Shown one piece after another: positions 62,572 through 64,000 of a stretch of DNA of 64,000 bases (positions are counted from its first letter, which is position 1; the number at the start of each line of letters is the position of its first letter). The notes below the pieces were generated by a model that searched no databases, was not told the origin of the DNA, and worked only from the letters and a program-made list of their open reading frames with translations. A program made the translations under genes and the position numbers. Source of the stretch: the human T2T-CHM13v2.0 reference genome, Homo sapiens; NCBI RefSeq assembly GCF_009914755.1, contig NC_060930.1; one strand, 5' to 3'.

Positions 62572-64000
62572 GATTGCTGGCAAGATGGCCAAATAGGAAC
62601 AGCTCTGGTCTGCAGCTCCCAGTGAGATCAACGCAGAAGGCGGGTGATTTCTGCATTTCCAACTGAGGTACCCAGTTCATATCAGTGGGACTGGTTGGAC
62701 AGTGGGTGCAGCCCATGGAGGGCCAGCTGAAACAGGGTGGGGTGTCACCTCACCCAGGAAGCACAAGGGGTCAGGGAACTACCTCCTCTACCCAAGGGAA
62801 GCCATGAGGGACTGTACCTGAGGAACGGTGCACTCCGGCCCAGATACTGCACTTTTCCCATGGTCTTTGAAACCCGCAGACCAGGAGATTCCCTCCGGTG
62901 CCTACGCCACTGGGGCCCTGGGTGTCAAGCACAAAACTGGGCAGCCATTTGGGCAGACACTGAACTAGCTGCAGGAGTTTTATTTTCCATACCCCAGTGG
63001 TGCCTGGAATGCCAGCAAGGCAGAACCATTCACTCCCCTGGAAGGGGGGCTGAAGCCAGGGAGCCAAGTGGTCTAGCTTGGCGGGTCCCACCCCCACGGA
63101 GCCCAGCAAGCTAAGATTCACTGGCTTGAAATCCTCATTGCAAGCACAGCAGTCTGAGGTCGACCTGGGACACTCGAGCTTGGAGGGAGGAGGGCCGTCT
63201 GCCATTGCTGAAGCTTGAGTAGGCATTTTACCCTCACAGTCTAAACAAAGCTGCCTGGGAGTTCGAATTGGGTAGAGCCCACCACCTCAGCTCAGCAAGG
63301 CCACTCTGGCCAGACTGCCTCTCTAGATTCCTCCTCTCTGGGCAGGGCAACTCTAAAAAAAAGGCAGTCAGGGACTAATAGATAAAACCCCATCTCCCTG
63401 GGACAGAGCACCTGTGGGAAGGGGTGGATATGGGAGCAGCTTCAGCAGACTTAAATATCTCTGCCGGACAGCTCTGAAGAGAGTAGTGGATTTCCCAGCA
63501 CAGTGCTCGAGCTCTGGTAAGAGTCAGACTGCCTCCTCAAGTGGGTCCCTGACCCTCGTTTATCCTGATTGGGAGATATCTCCCAGTAGGGGCCAACAGA
63601 CACCTCATACAGGAGAGCTCTGGCTGGCATCCAGTGGGTGCCCCTCTGGGACGAAGCTTCCAGAGGAAAGAACAGGCAGCAATCTTTGCTGTTCTGCAGC
63701 CTCCACTCGTGACACCAAGGCAAACAGCATCTGGAGTGGACCTCCAGCAAACTCCAGCAGACCTGCAGCAGAGGGCACTAACTCTTAGAAGGAAAACTAA
63801 CAAACAGAAAGGAATAGTATGTCCACTCAGAGACCCCATCCGAACATCAGCAGGATCAAAGACCAAAAGTAGATAAATCCAGGAAGATGAGGAGAAACCA
63901 GCGCAAAACAGCTGAAAATTCAAAAAAACAGAATGCCTCTTCTCCTCCAAAGGATCACAACTCCTTGCCAGCAAGGGAATAAAACTGGATGGAGAATGAG
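62572..64000 (+). mobile_element. LINE-1 5' end (L1PA7/L1PA8-type 5' UTR plus start of ORF1), runs off the window
   Basis: GCTGGCAAGATGGCCAAATAGGAACAGCTC (YY1 site AAGATGGCC 62582-62590), ~1.3-kb 5' UTR. Preceded by TTT/AAAA, an L1 endonuclease-type site, at ~62558. Confidence 0.95.
63887..64000 (+). pseudogene. L1 ORF1p N-terminus, inactivated by a nonsense codon
   Basis: ATG 63887: MRRNQRKTAENSKKQNASSPPKDHNSLPARE*NWMENE. TAA at 63980-63982 where ORF1 has Gln (..EQNWMENE). Confidence 0.9.

Noticed and set aside
62737-63974. Multiple 80-151 aa ORFs
   Set aside because: All lie within the L1 5' UTR; the true ORF1 starts at 63887 and is truncated by a stop.

Overview
AT-rich, CpG-poor primate (most likely human or great-ape) nuclear DNA from an intergenic or deep-intronic region. 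I recognise no protein-coding gene, RNA gene, processed pseudogene or CRISPR-like array. The listed ORFs are repeat-derived or chance. The window is a mosaic of interspersed repeats and microsatellites separated by unique sequence with a few candidate regulatory sites. The repeats include 4 Alus, two solo ERV9/LTR12C LTRs facing each other (16453-17834 +, 54541-56129 -) and the 5' end of an L1PA7/8-type LINE with a dead ORF1. Older repeats include THE1B, MST, MLT1, MLT2 and MER31-like LTRs, MER1A, Charlie1a, Charlie4z, MER94 and MARNA DNA-transposon relics, plus HAL1, L2, CR1 and MIRs. I cannot support a new gene system. The most unusual things directly visible are: (i) a THE1B LTR with a perfect 17-bp target duplication instead of 5 bp; (ii) a near-identical ~150-bp templated copy of unique sequence placed 1.5 kb from its twin; (iii) a hairpin-templated repair scar inside an MLT2 LTR; (iv) the convergent LTR12C promoter pair with asymmetric CCAAT arrays; and (v) three of four Alus sharing the same minor diagnostic variant. 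The first three cluster within 42.8-47.7 kb. Repeat subfamily names come from recalled consensus sequences and need RepeatMasker/Dfam confirmation.
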